From NCBI GenBank assembly GCA_044350895.1, contig JBILGT010000002.1, positions 36,554 through 100,553 of the forward strand: a stretch of 64,000 nt of DNA. The letters are read 5' to 3'. Numbering within the stretch: position 1 is the stretch's first letter; each line of letters starts with the position of its first letter. The position numbers and the translations under genes were made by a program. Below, in pieces: positions 1 to 9,606 of this stretch. The notes beneath the pieces are model-generated. The model was not told the DNA's origin. It saw only the letters and a program-made list of their open reading frames with translations, and ran no database searches. The stretch comes from Limisphaerales bacterium. Its GTDB lineage: Bacteria; Patescibacteriota; Microgenomatia; UBA1400; PJMF01.

Positions 1-1
1 A

Positions 2-994
2 CTTGCCTCGTACGACCTCGCTGAGAATAATGCTCACTTTGTACTATACCGTCCACAGTCCGGAGGCGATGAATTTACACTTTCAATAACTGGACCGGAC
101 GAAATTCTCAAGAAAATCAAAGCAGAGTTTCCAGAAAGAATTCGGCATATGGAGTATGAAGGCATTTCCGAGGTAATTGGAGCTGAGTGTGGAAGTGCGC
201 TTTTTACCCATGCGGAGCAACAGACATTTGCCCAAGGGGCATTATCTGAGGACAATGGGATCAACCTTGCTCTTGAGCAAAAAGTAAAAGAGCTTGAAAA
301 TAATCTTGCTTTAGAAGATAAAGATGTCAAAAATTTATATGGACTTGGTCGCTTTGATAAATTGTCATATCTGTACCAACTTTTGCAACTTGTATGCCTA
401 AAACAACTGAGTGATCAAAAAGTTCAGGAGATTTTGAAAGAACTGGTGAAAGCTGATAGTGATGTAGCAAAATTATTGCAACCCGCCGCTGAAACAGTAA
501 CCACTAGTAACAGAGATGCAATTAGTGATAATGGTCTTATAGATTTTTCAGTAGTTGTCGAGGATTTGATAGCACAGTCTGTCGAAATGCTTTCACATCC
601 TATATCTAAAATTGATAATTTAGTTGCTGCACTAGAAGACCAGCCATTTGATAGAACCACTAAGGGACTTAGTAAAGAGTCGCATCACAAGATTAGCGCT
701 GCATTCAGAACTATTCATCAATCATTGGCGGAGAACTTTGGAAGCCGCAGAATGACAACAGCGGGACAAACATGTTTTGGTTATATAACTAGACGTTGCG
801 AGCGCGTTGAGACTAGAATTGATGATTCTAATCGGCTCAGTTTACGTGATTTAGTTTTCTTGGGACTTCTTTCACAAGGCACATTAGCAAAACTTCAAGA
901 ATATGTGTTGGAATTAACAAATGCCATTGGTAAAGATGCCCTCGGAAAACATTCAGGTGCAGATACATTGGTAAAGTACGCATTCGGCGCTTAA
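2..994 (+). CDS. Hypothetical helical protein, 5'-truncated by window edge
   Basis: The frame of ORF 149..994 stays open back to position 2; no recognisable motif. Confidence 0.6.
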   Translation, partial: LASYDLAENNAHFVLYRPQSGGDEFTLSITGPDEILKKIKAEFPERIRHMEYEGISEVIGAECGSALFTHAEQQTFAQGALSEDNGINLALEQKVKELENNLALEDKDVKNLYGLGRFDKLSYLYQLLQLVCLKQLSDQKVQEILKELVKADSDVAKLLQPAAETVTTSNRDAISDNGLIDFSVVVEDLIAQSVEMLSHPISKIDNLVAALEDQPFDRTTKGLSKESHHKISAAFRTIHQSLAENFGSRRMTTAGQTCFGYITRRCERVETRIDDSNRLSLRDLVFLGLLSQGTLAKLQEYVLELTNAIGKDALGKHSGADTLVKYAFGA

Positions 995-1002
995 TTTATT
1001 AC

Positions 1003-2781
1003 CTACTGTTTGTACTCCACATTAAAAAATGCAAAGCCACTTTGAGGAATTCTCAGATAGCCTGGTGCGCGAAGATTAAATGTTGATTTGAACTCTTCAC
1101 CAGAAATTGCGATTGAGCCACGGTTTGTCTGGAACGTAACAGTCGCTGTTTGCCCATTTCCGCCATGTGAAACACTCACCCCACTAATACTTGTCACCGC
1201 TCCACCCGAGCCATTAGCAAAATTACGGAGTTCTTCTTTAGAATATGGATTGCCACTGCCGCCACCAATATTACACTCATTAATTGTCGTTGGCACAATT
1301 CTTCCAGAGTCAGCTCCGTTTGGATTTTTGCGAACAATCCAGGCATTAATAATGTCAGCCATTTCTTCTTGTGAAAGCCAAGGATGGTTTCGACCACAGT
1401 TGGCACCACTACTAGAATACCCATTGCGGTACCATGATTTATAGAACCACGGACTTTTGGCAATACTTTCCCAGGCTCGGTTAGACCAATCGCCACTTCC
1501 TGATTTGTCTTGAGTATCCCAACCACTCTTTTTGGAATATCCCCCGTGTGTGGAAGCGTACTGGGTTGAAACAGGATTACCACCACCGTCTACGAGCACC
1601 CACCCTTTTGTTTCGTTAACGGCACTTTCCCATGCGCCACCCTTTTTACTATTCTTGAAAACTTGGCAACTTTCTGTTGTACAAATTGTTCGCTGCCCAT
1701 TGTTCGTATATTTAATGGCAAAAGTTCGAGCTGCGATTGCTTGAGCTTTGAGAGCGTTAATATTCCAGCTTCCTGGCATTTCATAAATTCCTTGTAGGTA
1801 TCGATCTTCAAATGAAATTTTTCCAACACCTTGCACATCAATGTCACCCATTTCGCTGTAGTCTTTTTTGATTGTGGCATCAGGATAATATGCTTTCAAA
1901 ATATCTTCCACAGACTGCCCAGCATCAGCACGGGCCTTTGCGCCGTATTGGCTCATACCATTTCGGTGCGTATATGCTCCAAAACTAAAAACTGCAAACG
2001 AATTACTTGGTGCTTGAGATTTGAAAGCAATCGATGCATTAAAATCATCAGCCAGTGGAACTTCTCCGACTGAAGTAATTGAAGTACCGGAACGTGCGGA
2101 AAGAATTGCTTCCTGTTTGGCATTAAGTTCAGCAATTTTGCCCGTTAACTCTTTTTGGTATGCCTTAGCCTTATTAATCTCAGCAGTAAAGAAGTCTGCT
2201 TGAGCATCAAGTTGCTTTTCCAACCCAGCCAAAGTGACTTGCCGTTGCTCCAAAGCCTTTTTATCAGATTCCAGTTTTGAGATATCTTGACCGACAGTAT
2301 TAATGAGGTTCTGGTTCTTCTCACGAAGACTTGAGTGATAGGTCAGACCTTTAGTGAGATCAGCTGCGTCATCGCTGCTAAACACAACGAGGAGCGGTGA
2401 AACAACCCGAAGCTGTTTATACTGGCTACGCACTCTTTCTGAAAGAAGCGTGTAGTACACACCTAGCTCAGTTTCTCGTTTTTCAATGTCTGTGGCGAGC
2501 AAGGCGGCATCTTTTTTGGCCTTTGCAATGCCTGATCTCGCACTAGTAATTCGCGATTCTAGGGTTGTAACTTCTTTCTCAAGCGGTTTTGTAGCATCTT
2601 CAGAAAGTTTTTTTAGGTTTTCTAGGTCCTGAATATCCTTCTCTAACTGCTCGATTTCATCGAGTGCTTGAACTGAAAAATGCATTGATTCAACAAAGTA
2701 TTTACCACATAAAGAAAAGGTGCTAAATATGAAAAAAAGCAACAACACAAAACGGGCAGTACGTGTTCGAAAGCGAGGCAT
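1003..2781 (-). CDS. SpoIID/LytB-domain peptidoglycan lytic enzyme with N-terminal signal/TM and long coiled coil
   Basis: HRNGMSQYGA, ILKAYYP, YLQGIYEMP..W..ALKAQAIAARTFA and ICTTESCQVF motifs typical of SpoIID/LytB; heptad-rich N-terminal half. Confidence 0.85.
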   Translation of the reverse strand: MPRFRTRTARFVLLLFFIFSTFSLCGKYFVESMHFSVQALDEIEQLEKDIQDLENLKKLSEDATKPLEKEVTTLESRITSARSGIAKAKKDAALLATDIEKRETELGVYYTLLSERVRSQYKQLRVVSPLLVVFSSDDAADLTKGLTYHSSLREKNQNLINTVGQDISKLESDKKALEQRQVTLAGLEKQLDAQADFFTAEINKAKAYQKELTGKIAELNAKQEAILSARSGTSITSVGEVPLADDFNASIAFKSQAPSNSFAVFSFGAYTHRNGMSQYGAKARADAGQSVEDILKAYYPDATIKKDYSEMGDIDVQGVGKISFEDRYLQGIYEMPGSWNINALKAQAIAARTFAIKYTNNGQRTICTTESCQVFKNSKKGGAWESAVNETKGWVLVDGGGNPVSTQYASTHGGYSKKSGWDTQDKSGSGDWSNRAWESIAKSPWFYKSWYRNGYSSSGANCGRNHPWLSQEEMADIINAWIVRKNPNGADSGRIVPTTINECNIGGGSGNPYSKEELRNFANGSGGAVTSISGVSVSHGGNGQTATVTFQTNRGSIAISGEEFKSTFNLRAPGYLRIPQSGFAFFNVEYKQ

Positions 2782-2911
2782 CAATGCCTGTAGTGTAACA
2801 GAAAATGTCCCCTATTTCCTTTCTTTTCTTAAATGAGGTAAAATACACTGTAGAAGCATCCTGAAAACGAACTCCAAGACAATTGGTGTTTTTTGTTGCT
2901 AGTAAAAAGAT

Positions 2912-4207
2912 ATGAAAAGAATACACAAATTTATAGTGAGTGCTAGTCTTTTCTTTGTTTTGATCCTCCAAAGCTTTATACAACCCCACACTGTCCGCGC
3001 AGCTGAGGCATGTCCTGGTACAACTGAAGGTTTTGGTGTTGAGCTACCACCCTATACCACAGACCTAAAACATACCGTTAAATTTGATACAACAAATTGG
3101 AGTAAAGATTACAAATATTTTATTGTGATTCGTTCAAGAGAATATGTTCCAGATATTGGTACTCGCAATGTAGAAGCAGATTCACCAGCATTTAAATTAG
3201 GAGCCGACACGTCTGTTTCAGATAGTGATGGGAAAGTTACTCTCACAGGTTCCCAATTAACATACGAAATAACATCAAGTTGGGCACTGCAAAATCGCAA
3301 TAATTCTTATGATTATCAAGATAAACATTATGTAGAAATCCATCGATACGCAACTGTTGCGATTGGCAACACCTGGAACTACTTCTGTAGCGGAGGAACG
3401 TACACCACTTCACCAGGCATCAAAGGCTGCAAGATTACTGTTTACCAGAATCGCTCTGATCAAGGTGGACAAGCATGTTATCTAGGCGGCAGCAATAGTT
3501 GTATTCAAACAAGTAGCAGTGAACAGGTGAATGTTCGGGTTGATAATTTAAAATACTCTGACGGCAAGGTTGTGGATGGTCTTGAAGTAAGCTTTGTGTT
3601 TGGGCAACCTGGCATGGGGGTAGCACCCGACTCTTTCCAAACAATCAGGAATGGTTCTGCTGCCGGTGCGTTTTACCCAAATGGGAGAGGCACCTTTAGT
3701 ATTCAACTGAGAATGCGTCGCTGGGGCATCAACTATGATATTCCAGGATGTTACAGAGAAATCGAAGTTGAAGAAGTCTGTAATGATAAATGCAACAAAA
3801 CTGAGACAAGTACTGATAGTACTGAGAATCTTGATATAGTTTCTGTTTTTCAAATTTGTTCTCAAATTAGTAACACTGAACTTAAGGCAAAATGTGAGGA
3901 GTGTGCCGGTGGCCCAGATGGTCGTAAGGGTGTTTGGACGGCGGTGGGGTGTATTGAACGCGATCCACAAAATATAGTGCAGCGCTTTATTGAGATTGGG
4001 CTAGGTGTAGGAGGCGGTATCTGCTTACTAATGACACTGGCCGCAGGCTTTATGATTACCACTTCTCAAGGTGATCCGAAACAGTTCAACGAAGCTAAAG
4101 ACATGATTACTTCAGCAATTGTTGGATTATTGTTTATAATTTTCTCAGTGTTCATTTTACAATTTATAGGTGTGACAGTCCTGCAAATTCCAGGATTTGG
4201 AAGCTAA
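2912..4207 (+). CDS. VirB2/TrbC-like (T4SS_pilin) domain protein with large extracellular N-terminal head
   Basis: Signal peptide ending VRA; C-terminal GVWTAVGCI...TM-ITTSQGDPKQFNEAKDMITSAIVGL-TM pilin signature. Confidence 0.75.
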   Translation: MKRIHKFIVSASLFFVLILQSFIQPHTVRAAEACPGTTEGFGVELPPYTTDLKHTVKFDTTNWSKDYKYFIVIRSREYVPDIGTRNVEADSPAFKLGADTSVSDSDGKVTLTGSQLTYEITSSWALQNRNNSYDYQDKHYVEIHRYATVAIGNTWNYFCSGGTYTTSPGIKGCKITVYQNRSDQGGQACYLGGSNSCIQTSSSEQVNVRVDNLKYSDGKVVDGLEVSFVFGQPGMGVAPDSFQTIRNGSAAGAFYPNGRGTFSIQLRMRRWGINYDIPGCYREIEVEEVCNDKCNKTETSTDSTENLDIVSVFQICSQISNTELKAKCEECAGGPDGRKGVWTAVGCIERDPQNIVQRFIEIGLGVGGGICLLMTLAAGFMITTSQGDPKQFNEAKDMITSAIVGLLFIIFSVFILQFIGVTVLQIPGFGS

Positions 4208-4217
4208 TCATATATCT

Positions 4218-5534
4218 ATGAACAAATTACGACTCTTTATCTTCACCACACTGATATTTTTGTTTACGTTCTTTATTCAAACTACTACCGTGCATGCTGC
4301 GATAGGTGCTGACTGTGGCAATCATGGAAGATGTGGGGGTACATCAGATGGTTGTGGTGCAAACGAAATTTGTATTGATGCTACCGTCTGGGATACACAA
4401 GGTGGTAAGTGTGAAGCGTCAAACGGACGCTGTGAGAATCGAGATGATTCAAGGAATGAAGTCTGCGGCTATACTGATGGTCTCCTGCATGGCACAGATC
4501 AATGGTGTGGAGCCCGCGGCGGCTGCGCCACAGGATACCTGTGTAATAGCACTTCTAAAAAATGTGAGCTTAATAATGGGGATACTGCTGGAGGCGCCGT
4601 TGGCTCAGCATGTGCAAATATCCAGGAAGTATATGATAGCCAGTGTGGCTACTGGACTTCCAATCAATGTGGCGCAGCTGGCGTTTGTCAGACCGGGTAT
4701 CGCTGCGTTGCTGTGACCTCAATCATTAGCCGAACTGGCTATGCCTGTAGACCAGATCCCACAGATGAACCCAATAAATGTCCAGGGTCTCCTACACAAC
4801 CTGCAGTTGCATTGAGCTGTGGTGAATCTTCTGACAACCCAAATGCAACGTGCAGTTGTTCAGGCACTGGTGCTGGACTTGTTGACTTGGCCTACGGCAA
4901 AAAGTGTTGTGGCTGGAAACTAAATGGTGGAGCTGACTGTGGTGCAACAAGCCCCACTACCCCCCTCCTGTGTGGCCAAACTTCTGCAAATAGTACGGCA
5001 ACCTGTGGTTGTACAGGAGCAACTCTCACTCGGAATACCAATGTCGACGCAACAACAGAACGCAATCAAATGTACTGTTGTGGGTGGATAAACGGCAAAA
5101 GTTGCGGAAGTACCAAACCAGCCACCCCAGTAGATCCAGCAAATCCTGTTGATCCTACAGATCCTGGAACAGGTGGTGCTGATGACACGACAACTTTAGA
5201 TATTTTTGCAGGTCCGAATTCTGAAGACTTTAAACTACTCAATCCTATTGCAAACTTCAGTACTGATGCCGCAGCGCGAGCTTCATTTACCTCTCCTGGT
5301 GGAATTATTTCGCGGGTGCTTCTCTTTGCATTTCCAATTGCAGGATTAATCCTGTTTGTAATGCTAGTCATTGCAGGATTCCAGATTGTAGCTGGGGCAG
5401 CATCAAGTGGCAGTAAATCAATTGATGCTGGTAAACAACGTGCCAGCAATGCACTCCTTGGCTTTGTGCTACTCTTCGTTGCCTACTGGGTAATGCAGAT
5501 TATTGAAACAATTTTTGGAATTACGATTCTCTAA
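4218..5534 (+). CDS. Cysteine-rich VirB2/TrbC-like pilin-domain protein
   Basis: Signal peptide ending VHA, 30 Cys in repeated modules, PVDP linker, C-terminal TM-...AGKQRASNALLG-TM pilin domain; ATG 4218 preferred as start. Confidence 0.75.
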   Translation: MNKLRLFIFTTLIFLFTFFIQTTTVHAAIGADCGNHGRCGGTSDGCGANEICIDATVWDTQGGKCEASNGRCENRDDSRNEVCGYTDGLLHGTDQWCGARGGCATGYLCNSTSKKCELNNGDTAGGAVGSACANIQEVYDSQCGYWTSNQCGAAGVCQTGYRCVAVTSIISRTGYACRPDPTDEPNKCPGSPTQPAVALSCGESSDNPNATCSCSGTGAGLVDLAYGKKCCGWKLNGGADCGATSPTTPLLCGQTSANSTATCGCTGATLTRNTNVDATTERNQMYCCGWINGKSCGSTKPATPVDPANPVDPTDPGTGGADDTTTLDIFAGPNSEDFKLLNPIANFSTDAAARASFTSPGGIISRVLLFAFPIAGLILFVMLVIAGFQIVAGAASSGSKSIDAGKQRASNALLGFVLLFVAYWVMQIIETIFGITIL

Positions 5535-5559
5535 AATTTATCAGAAAAAGTTTTATAGT

Positions 5560-6273
5560 TTACTTGCCGAATCTTCGTTTGCGTGATGCATATTCTTCTA
5601 AAAGTTCGTCAAACTTCTCAGGGGTAAATTCTGGAAAATAAAATTTTGGGAATGCTAACTCAGCATACTCACTTTGCCAAAGCAAAAATCCAGAGCTGCG
5701 GTGCTCACCACTCGTGCGAATAATGAAGTCTGGATCAGGGATACCTACTGTATCAAGTGCTTGTTCAACTTCTTCTTTTGTAATTGGTTTTGTTGTAGTC
5801 GTTACCCCTGACGCTTCGCGTGCTGCAACCAAACTATTTACGGTTCTTAAAAGCTCATCTCTTCCACCGTAGTTCATTGCAAAAATGACGGTGATACCAG
5901 TATTATCTTTGGTCAGATCAATTCCCCGCTGTATTCGTTCCTGGATCTCAGAATCAAATTTAGAGATATCACCAATTGTTTTTACACGGACATTTTTTTC
6001 GTGGAACTTTGGTACAAATACATCAAAAACTTCTTTGAAAAGATCAAGCAAGTATTCAACTTCACGTTTGTCACGCTGCCAATTTTCAGTACTAAAAATC
6101 CAAAATGTTATATAGCGAACACCTCTAGCATGAGCGTGATCAACGAGTGGCTCAAAAACAGCATCTACAGCTCGTCTGTGGCCCAACAAAACCTCCAGTT
6201 TATGCTCTCTCGCCCAACGTCGGTTGCCATCACAAATAATTGCTACATGTTCTGGAAGTGTGTTGTCAGACAT
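5560..6273 (-). CDS. uppS: Undecaprenyl/polyprenyl diphosphate synthase (cis-prenyltransferase)
   Basis: HVAIICDGNRRWA, FSTENWQR, NYGGRDE, PDFIIRTSGEHRSSGFLLWQ motifs. Confidence 0.95.
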   Translation of the reverse strand: MSDNTLPEHVAIICDGNRRWAREHKLEVLLGHRRAVDAVFEPLVDHAHARGVRYITFWIFSTENWQRDKREVEYLLDLFKEVFDVFVPKFHEKNVRVKTIGDISKFDSEIQERIQRGIDLTKDNTGITVIFAMNYGGRDELLRTVNSLVAAREASGVTTTTKPITKEEVEQALDTVGIPDPDFIIRTSGEHRSSGFLLWQSEYAELAFPKFYFPEFTPEKFDELLEEYASRKRRFGK

Positions 6274-6275
6274 AG

Positions 6276-7079
6276 TTACTTTGTAATTGCAGTTCCTACT
6301 ACAGTATCACCAATAAGAGAGTGAAATAATGCATCTTTTTTTAGGCCTGAGATAATGCCCACCTGCATTCCTGCAGCAGCAAGTTTCATTGATTCTTCAA
6401 TTTTATGTGCCATGCCACCAGTTACATCAAATCCTTTTGTGACTCCAATTAGCTTTTCCACTTCTCTGATATTTTCTTCAGTGATGTGCGGAATTACTGC
6501 GCCAGATGCATCAAGTACACCCGCCACTTCAGTGACATGAATAATTTTCTGAATACTGTATTTATCTGAATCAATAAAGTGCTCAGCAATGTATCCTAGT
6601 ATTTTTTCAGTAGACCAAATTGTACATCCTTTAGTACTATCCACTAATACATCTCCACCTGTAATTGGGACCATGCCTTTTGCCAGATATTCCTCAAGGA
6701 CATCGCCACACCAGTGTTTGGCTTTGTCTGAATCAGTTACCATGGAATTACTGAAGTAAAAACTTACTGCGGGGATTGAGTGTGCCAAGAACTCTTGCAC
6801 CACAATTCGATTGAGTTGTGCAGCACTATCTTGAGTTACCGCCATACCCATTCTACTGTCTTCATTGATGAATCCATCCATTGTCTTGTAACGCAGTGCA
6901 GGTGCATGTGCGAAACTACCTTGACCATGTCCCACAATATACAAACCACCAGTTTGATGTTGGGCACGAACAATTTCAGTCACGAGCTGTTTGAGGACAT
7001 CTGCTCGTACCATCATCGGAACTTCTTTATTTGTGATGATTGAGCCACCGAGTTTGATGAGTGTAAGTTTTTGTTTCAT
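6276..7079 (-). CDS. ipk: Isopentenyl phosphate kinase (amino-acid kinase superfamily)
   Basis: IKLGGSIITNK, GHGQGSFAH (IPK-type His), GDV and DVTGGMAHK motifs; lies between idi and uppS. Confidence 0.85.
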   Translation of the reverse strand: MKQKLTLIKLGGSIITNKEVPMMVRADVLKQLVTEIVRAQHQTGGLYIVGHGQGSFAHAPALRYKTMDGFINEDSRMGMAVTQDSAAQLNRIVVQEFLAHSIPAVSFYFSNSMVTDSDKAKHWCGDVLEEYLAKGMVPITGGDVLVDSTKGCTIWSTEKILGYIAEHFIDSDKYSIQKIIHVTEVAGVLDASGAVIPHITEENIREVEKLIGVTKGFDVTGGMAHKIEESMKLAAAGMQVGIISGLKKDALFHSLIGDTVVGTAITK

Positions 7080-7621
7080 TCAGTTGCTCCTTGTTGTAAT
7101 AATCCTTCGGCAAGAATTCTTTGTGCAGCAATATACACATATGGACGTAAAATTTTTGGACCTTCTGTCTCAAGAAAATCTGGTAATGCGATGGTTGCAA
7201 TAGTGATACTTGGGTACTTATTTTTCAAATACACCAGCTCCGCTTCTGTCAAAGTTACTTTATGACCTACAGCATCAAAGACAACGGTTCCAGGTTTGTT
7301 GACTTTACGTTGCTCCACCCGAACTATAGGGAGACCATTGCTTATTCGATTCAGGGTGAGAGGTAAACCACGCTCCTCAAAACTTTCACGAACAATTGTA
7401 GTCCTCATATCAGCATGTTCACCATCCTCTACACCGCCACCAATCATGCAAAACATTCCTGCTAGCAAACTCACCCATTCTGAGAAAAGTTCAGAATTTG
7501 GAATTCTCTCCTGTTTTCCGGCATCTTCAGGATGAACCCCAAAAAAAATTGTGCCGTCATTAGTTGGATTCATCAGCCAAGCATATGCTCCCAAATGTAT
7601 TTTTTCTGTGGAATTAGACAT
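7076..7621 (-). CDS. Nudix-family hydrolase
   Basis: Nudix-box variant GGVEDGEHADMRTTIVRESFEERG; 4-nt overlap with ipk start. Confidence 0.6.
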   Translation of the reverse strand: MSNSTEKIHLGAYAWLMNPTNDGTIFFGVHPEDAGKQERIPNSELFSEWVSLLAGMFCMIGGGVEDGEHADMRTTIVRESFEERGLPLTLNRISNGLPIVRVEQRKVNKPGTVVFDAVGHKVTLTEAELVYLKNKYPSITIATIALPDFLETEGPKILRPYVYIAAQRILAEGLLQQGATE

Positions 7622-7622
7622 A

Positions 7623-8216
7623 TTATTTTTCTCCTAAGTTTTTAGACAATTTCAGTAATAGGTCATTTCTCTCTAGCATAATCACAAACCAGGGCGCCCA
7701 GTCTTTACTCACTGCTCTATCACACACTTTTTCCCAGCTCACCCACTCAATTGCAGCAACTTCATCAGGATTCGGCGCAACAGTTCCCTCAAACCACCCC
7801 ATAAATACTTGATCAATTTCGTTTTCACTAAACTCATCGTTACATCGTACTTGGTACTGAAACTTCTCAACTGGGTGCAACTCAATTGGCTTTCCATTTT
7901 CATCATTTGTAATACCTAATTCAGCTTCCAATCTTCGCCGAGCGCAGGCTTCATAACTTTCATCTGGCCACACATTCCCACAAGCAGTATTTGCCCACTG
8001 TAATGTACCCACAATTTTTTTGGCACTTCTCTGCTGAATAAGCAGTTCATACTCGCCCGAAGCATTTTCTCTAAACATGAAAACAGAAATTGCCCGGTGC
8101 AGTTTTCCTTCGCCTCGATGCGCCTCAAGTTTATCCATTGATCCAATCACCACATCGTCAGAGGTCACCAAAGTTACAAGATCAGTTTGTGGAATTTGAT
8201 TAGACAAGTTGTTCAT
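7623..8216 (-). CDS. idi: Isopentenyl-diphosphate delta-isomerase, type 1
   Basis: KLEAH..G.LHRAISVF, LLIQQRS..K, WANTACG, RRLEAELGI, ENEID, PNPDEV, APWF motifs. Confidence 0.92.
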   Translation of the reverse strand: MNNLSNQIPQTDLVTLVTSDDVVIGSMDKLEAHRGEGKLHRAISVFMFRENASGEYELLIQQRSAKKIVGTLQWANTACGNVWPDESYEACARRRLEAELGITNDENGKPIELHPVEKFQYQVRCNDEFSENEIDQVFMGWFEGTVAPNPDEVAAIEWVSWEKVCDRAVSKDWAPWFVIMLERNDLLLKLSKNLGEK

Positions 8217-8403
8217 GTTCCTCTGCTTGATCTACTAAAATAAATAGCGCAGGAAGCAACAATCCTGCTTCAGGTAGTGACGCTTTCGCTTTTGGTATTT
8301 CTTTTCGTTTTACCAATTGATCAGTAGATAACTTATAATTACCAGGATATCCACCCCATAACAATTGTTCTTTATTTCTCCAACATGACCGTTCGATTGA
8401 CAT
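8200..8403 (-). CDS. Possible small hypothetical protein (MSIERS...)
   Basis: 67-codon ORF filling the gap upstream of idi and overlapping its start; no motif. Confidence 0.25.
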   Translation of the reverse strand: MSIERSCWRNKEQLLWGGYPGNYKLSTDQLVKRKEIPKAKASLPEAGLLLPALFILVDQAEEHEQLV

Positions 8404-8463
8404 ACATAGTATTAGTCGCAAAAGCATAGCAAAATCATGCACTCAAAAATAAATTGAGAGAGG

Positions 8464-8802
8464 TTACTCGGAAAAAGCTATCCAGAAGCGGATCAATAAG
8501 TAAAACAATAAAATTTGCCAATATACACAAAAAAGCACCAACCAATTTGCAAAAAATGGGATCAGATCACAACCAAAAAAGCTGGTAGTTTGACAAGAAA
8601 AAATAAACCGGACTGCTGGCACAACCAGAAAAAACCAGACAATTTTTGCCAAAACATACACGGCCACTGGCAAGAAAGTCATCCAGGCAAATACTCTCTC
8701 TCGAGTCAGCGACTGCATTGTTTGATATGGGTGCAGTAACAGACCACCAGTGATCTGTGCAACAGAGTATATGAATGAAGCAAGGAACGCGCGGTTGTTC
8801 AT
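8464..8802 (-). CDS. Small multi-pass membrane protein
   Basis: Hydrophobic segments; 4-nt overlap with the upstream ORF in the sigma-factor operon. Confidence 0.65.
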   Translation of the reverse strand: MNNRAFLASFIYSVAQITGGLLLHPYQTMQSLTRERVFAWMTFLPVAVYVLAKIVWFFLVVPAVRFIFSCQTTSFFGCDLIPFFANWLVLFCVYWQILLFYLLIRFWIAFSE

Positions 8803-9014
8803 AATTTGATCCAGTTCAATGCTTCAAGACCAAATGCTGTTAAACCAGAGAGTACGGCGAGTACTTGCCAAGGATAGTTGCCTACAAATGCCGCAATGGA
8901 ATCAAGTTTATCGGGAAGGACTTTATTTGAGTGGAGTCGCGCCTGCATCTGGGCTTCAAACTGCAGCTTTGATAAAAAATCCATTTTTTGTGGTTCTTCA
9001 ACGGGTTGATCCAT
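8799..9014 (-). CDS. Small single-TM protein, candidate anti-sigma factor
   Basis: Starts 3 nt after the ECF sigma stop; soluble N-terminus and C-terminal TM helix. Confidence 0.55.
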   Translation of the reverse strand: MDQPVEEPQKMDFLSKLQFEAQMQARLHSNKVLPDKLDSIAAFVGNYPWQVLAVLSGLTAFGLEALNWIKL

Positions 9015-9017
9015 AAA

Positions 9018-9557
9018 TTATGTGCTCTCTTGCTCCAAATATAGTAATCTAAATTGCTCACGTGCTCTGAATAACTCAGATTCCACTGATTTTACAGTTT
9101 TCCCCAGTTCAGTGGCAATTTGTGCCACTTTCTGGCTATCAACGTACTTTTTGAGCAAAAGTTCTCGAGAATATTCATTCATTTTTTTGAGTGCAACTAG
9201 GACACGAGCTGAAACTTCATGAGAATCTTCCACAGGACTTGAGAGCAACAGATGTGATAAAGCAGTGGTTTGAATTGCCTTTTTGGCATACATTTTTCGA
9301 TAAAAGTCAGCAACTTCATGTTTTGCGATAGCAGACATCCACGTCCAGAGACTCGCACTACCGTTATACAGGGACAAATTTTTTAGACAGTTTAAGAAAG
9401 TCTGCTGTGTCATTTCTTCAGCATCTTGGCTATTTTCCACTCTACTTTGAATGAATCTGAGGATTTTTTTATGAAAATGGTTAAACCAGTACTCGACGGC
9501 ATCTCGATCACCGAGTTTCAAAAGCTCTACTAGTTGCATTTCACTTTGTTGGTTCAT
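9018..9557 (-). CDS. ECF (sigma-70 group 4) RNA polymerase sigma factor
   Basis: Region 2 DAEEMTQQTFL..SLWTWMSAIAKH; region 4 IATELGKTVKSVESELFRAR; ATG 9557 preferred. Confidence 0.9.
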   Translation of the reverse strand: MNQQSEMQLVELLKLGDRDAVEYWFNHFHKKILRFIQSRVENSQDAEEMTQQTFLNCLKNLSLYNGSASLWTWMSAIAKHEVADFYRKMYAKKAIQTTALSHLLLSSPVEDSHEVSARVLVALKKMNEYSRELLLKKYVDSQKVAQIATELGKTVKSVESELFRAREQFRLLYLEQEST

Positions 9558-9606
9558 ACTACAGGAAGTATACTTTATTCTAGCTACACCGTATAATATC
9601 ATCCAT
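9558..9606. promoter_or_regulatory. Back-to-back divergent promoters (ECF sigma operon / pilin array)
   Basis: TATAAT 9592-9597 lies 9 nt before ATG 9607 (+); TATACT on the minus strand (9567-9572) lies 9 nt before ATG 9557 (-). Confidence 0.55.

Noticed and set aside
6276-7079. Uridylate or acetylglutamate kinase
   Set aside because: GSFAH His motif, DVTGGM and the idi/uppS context favour isopentenyl phosphate kinase
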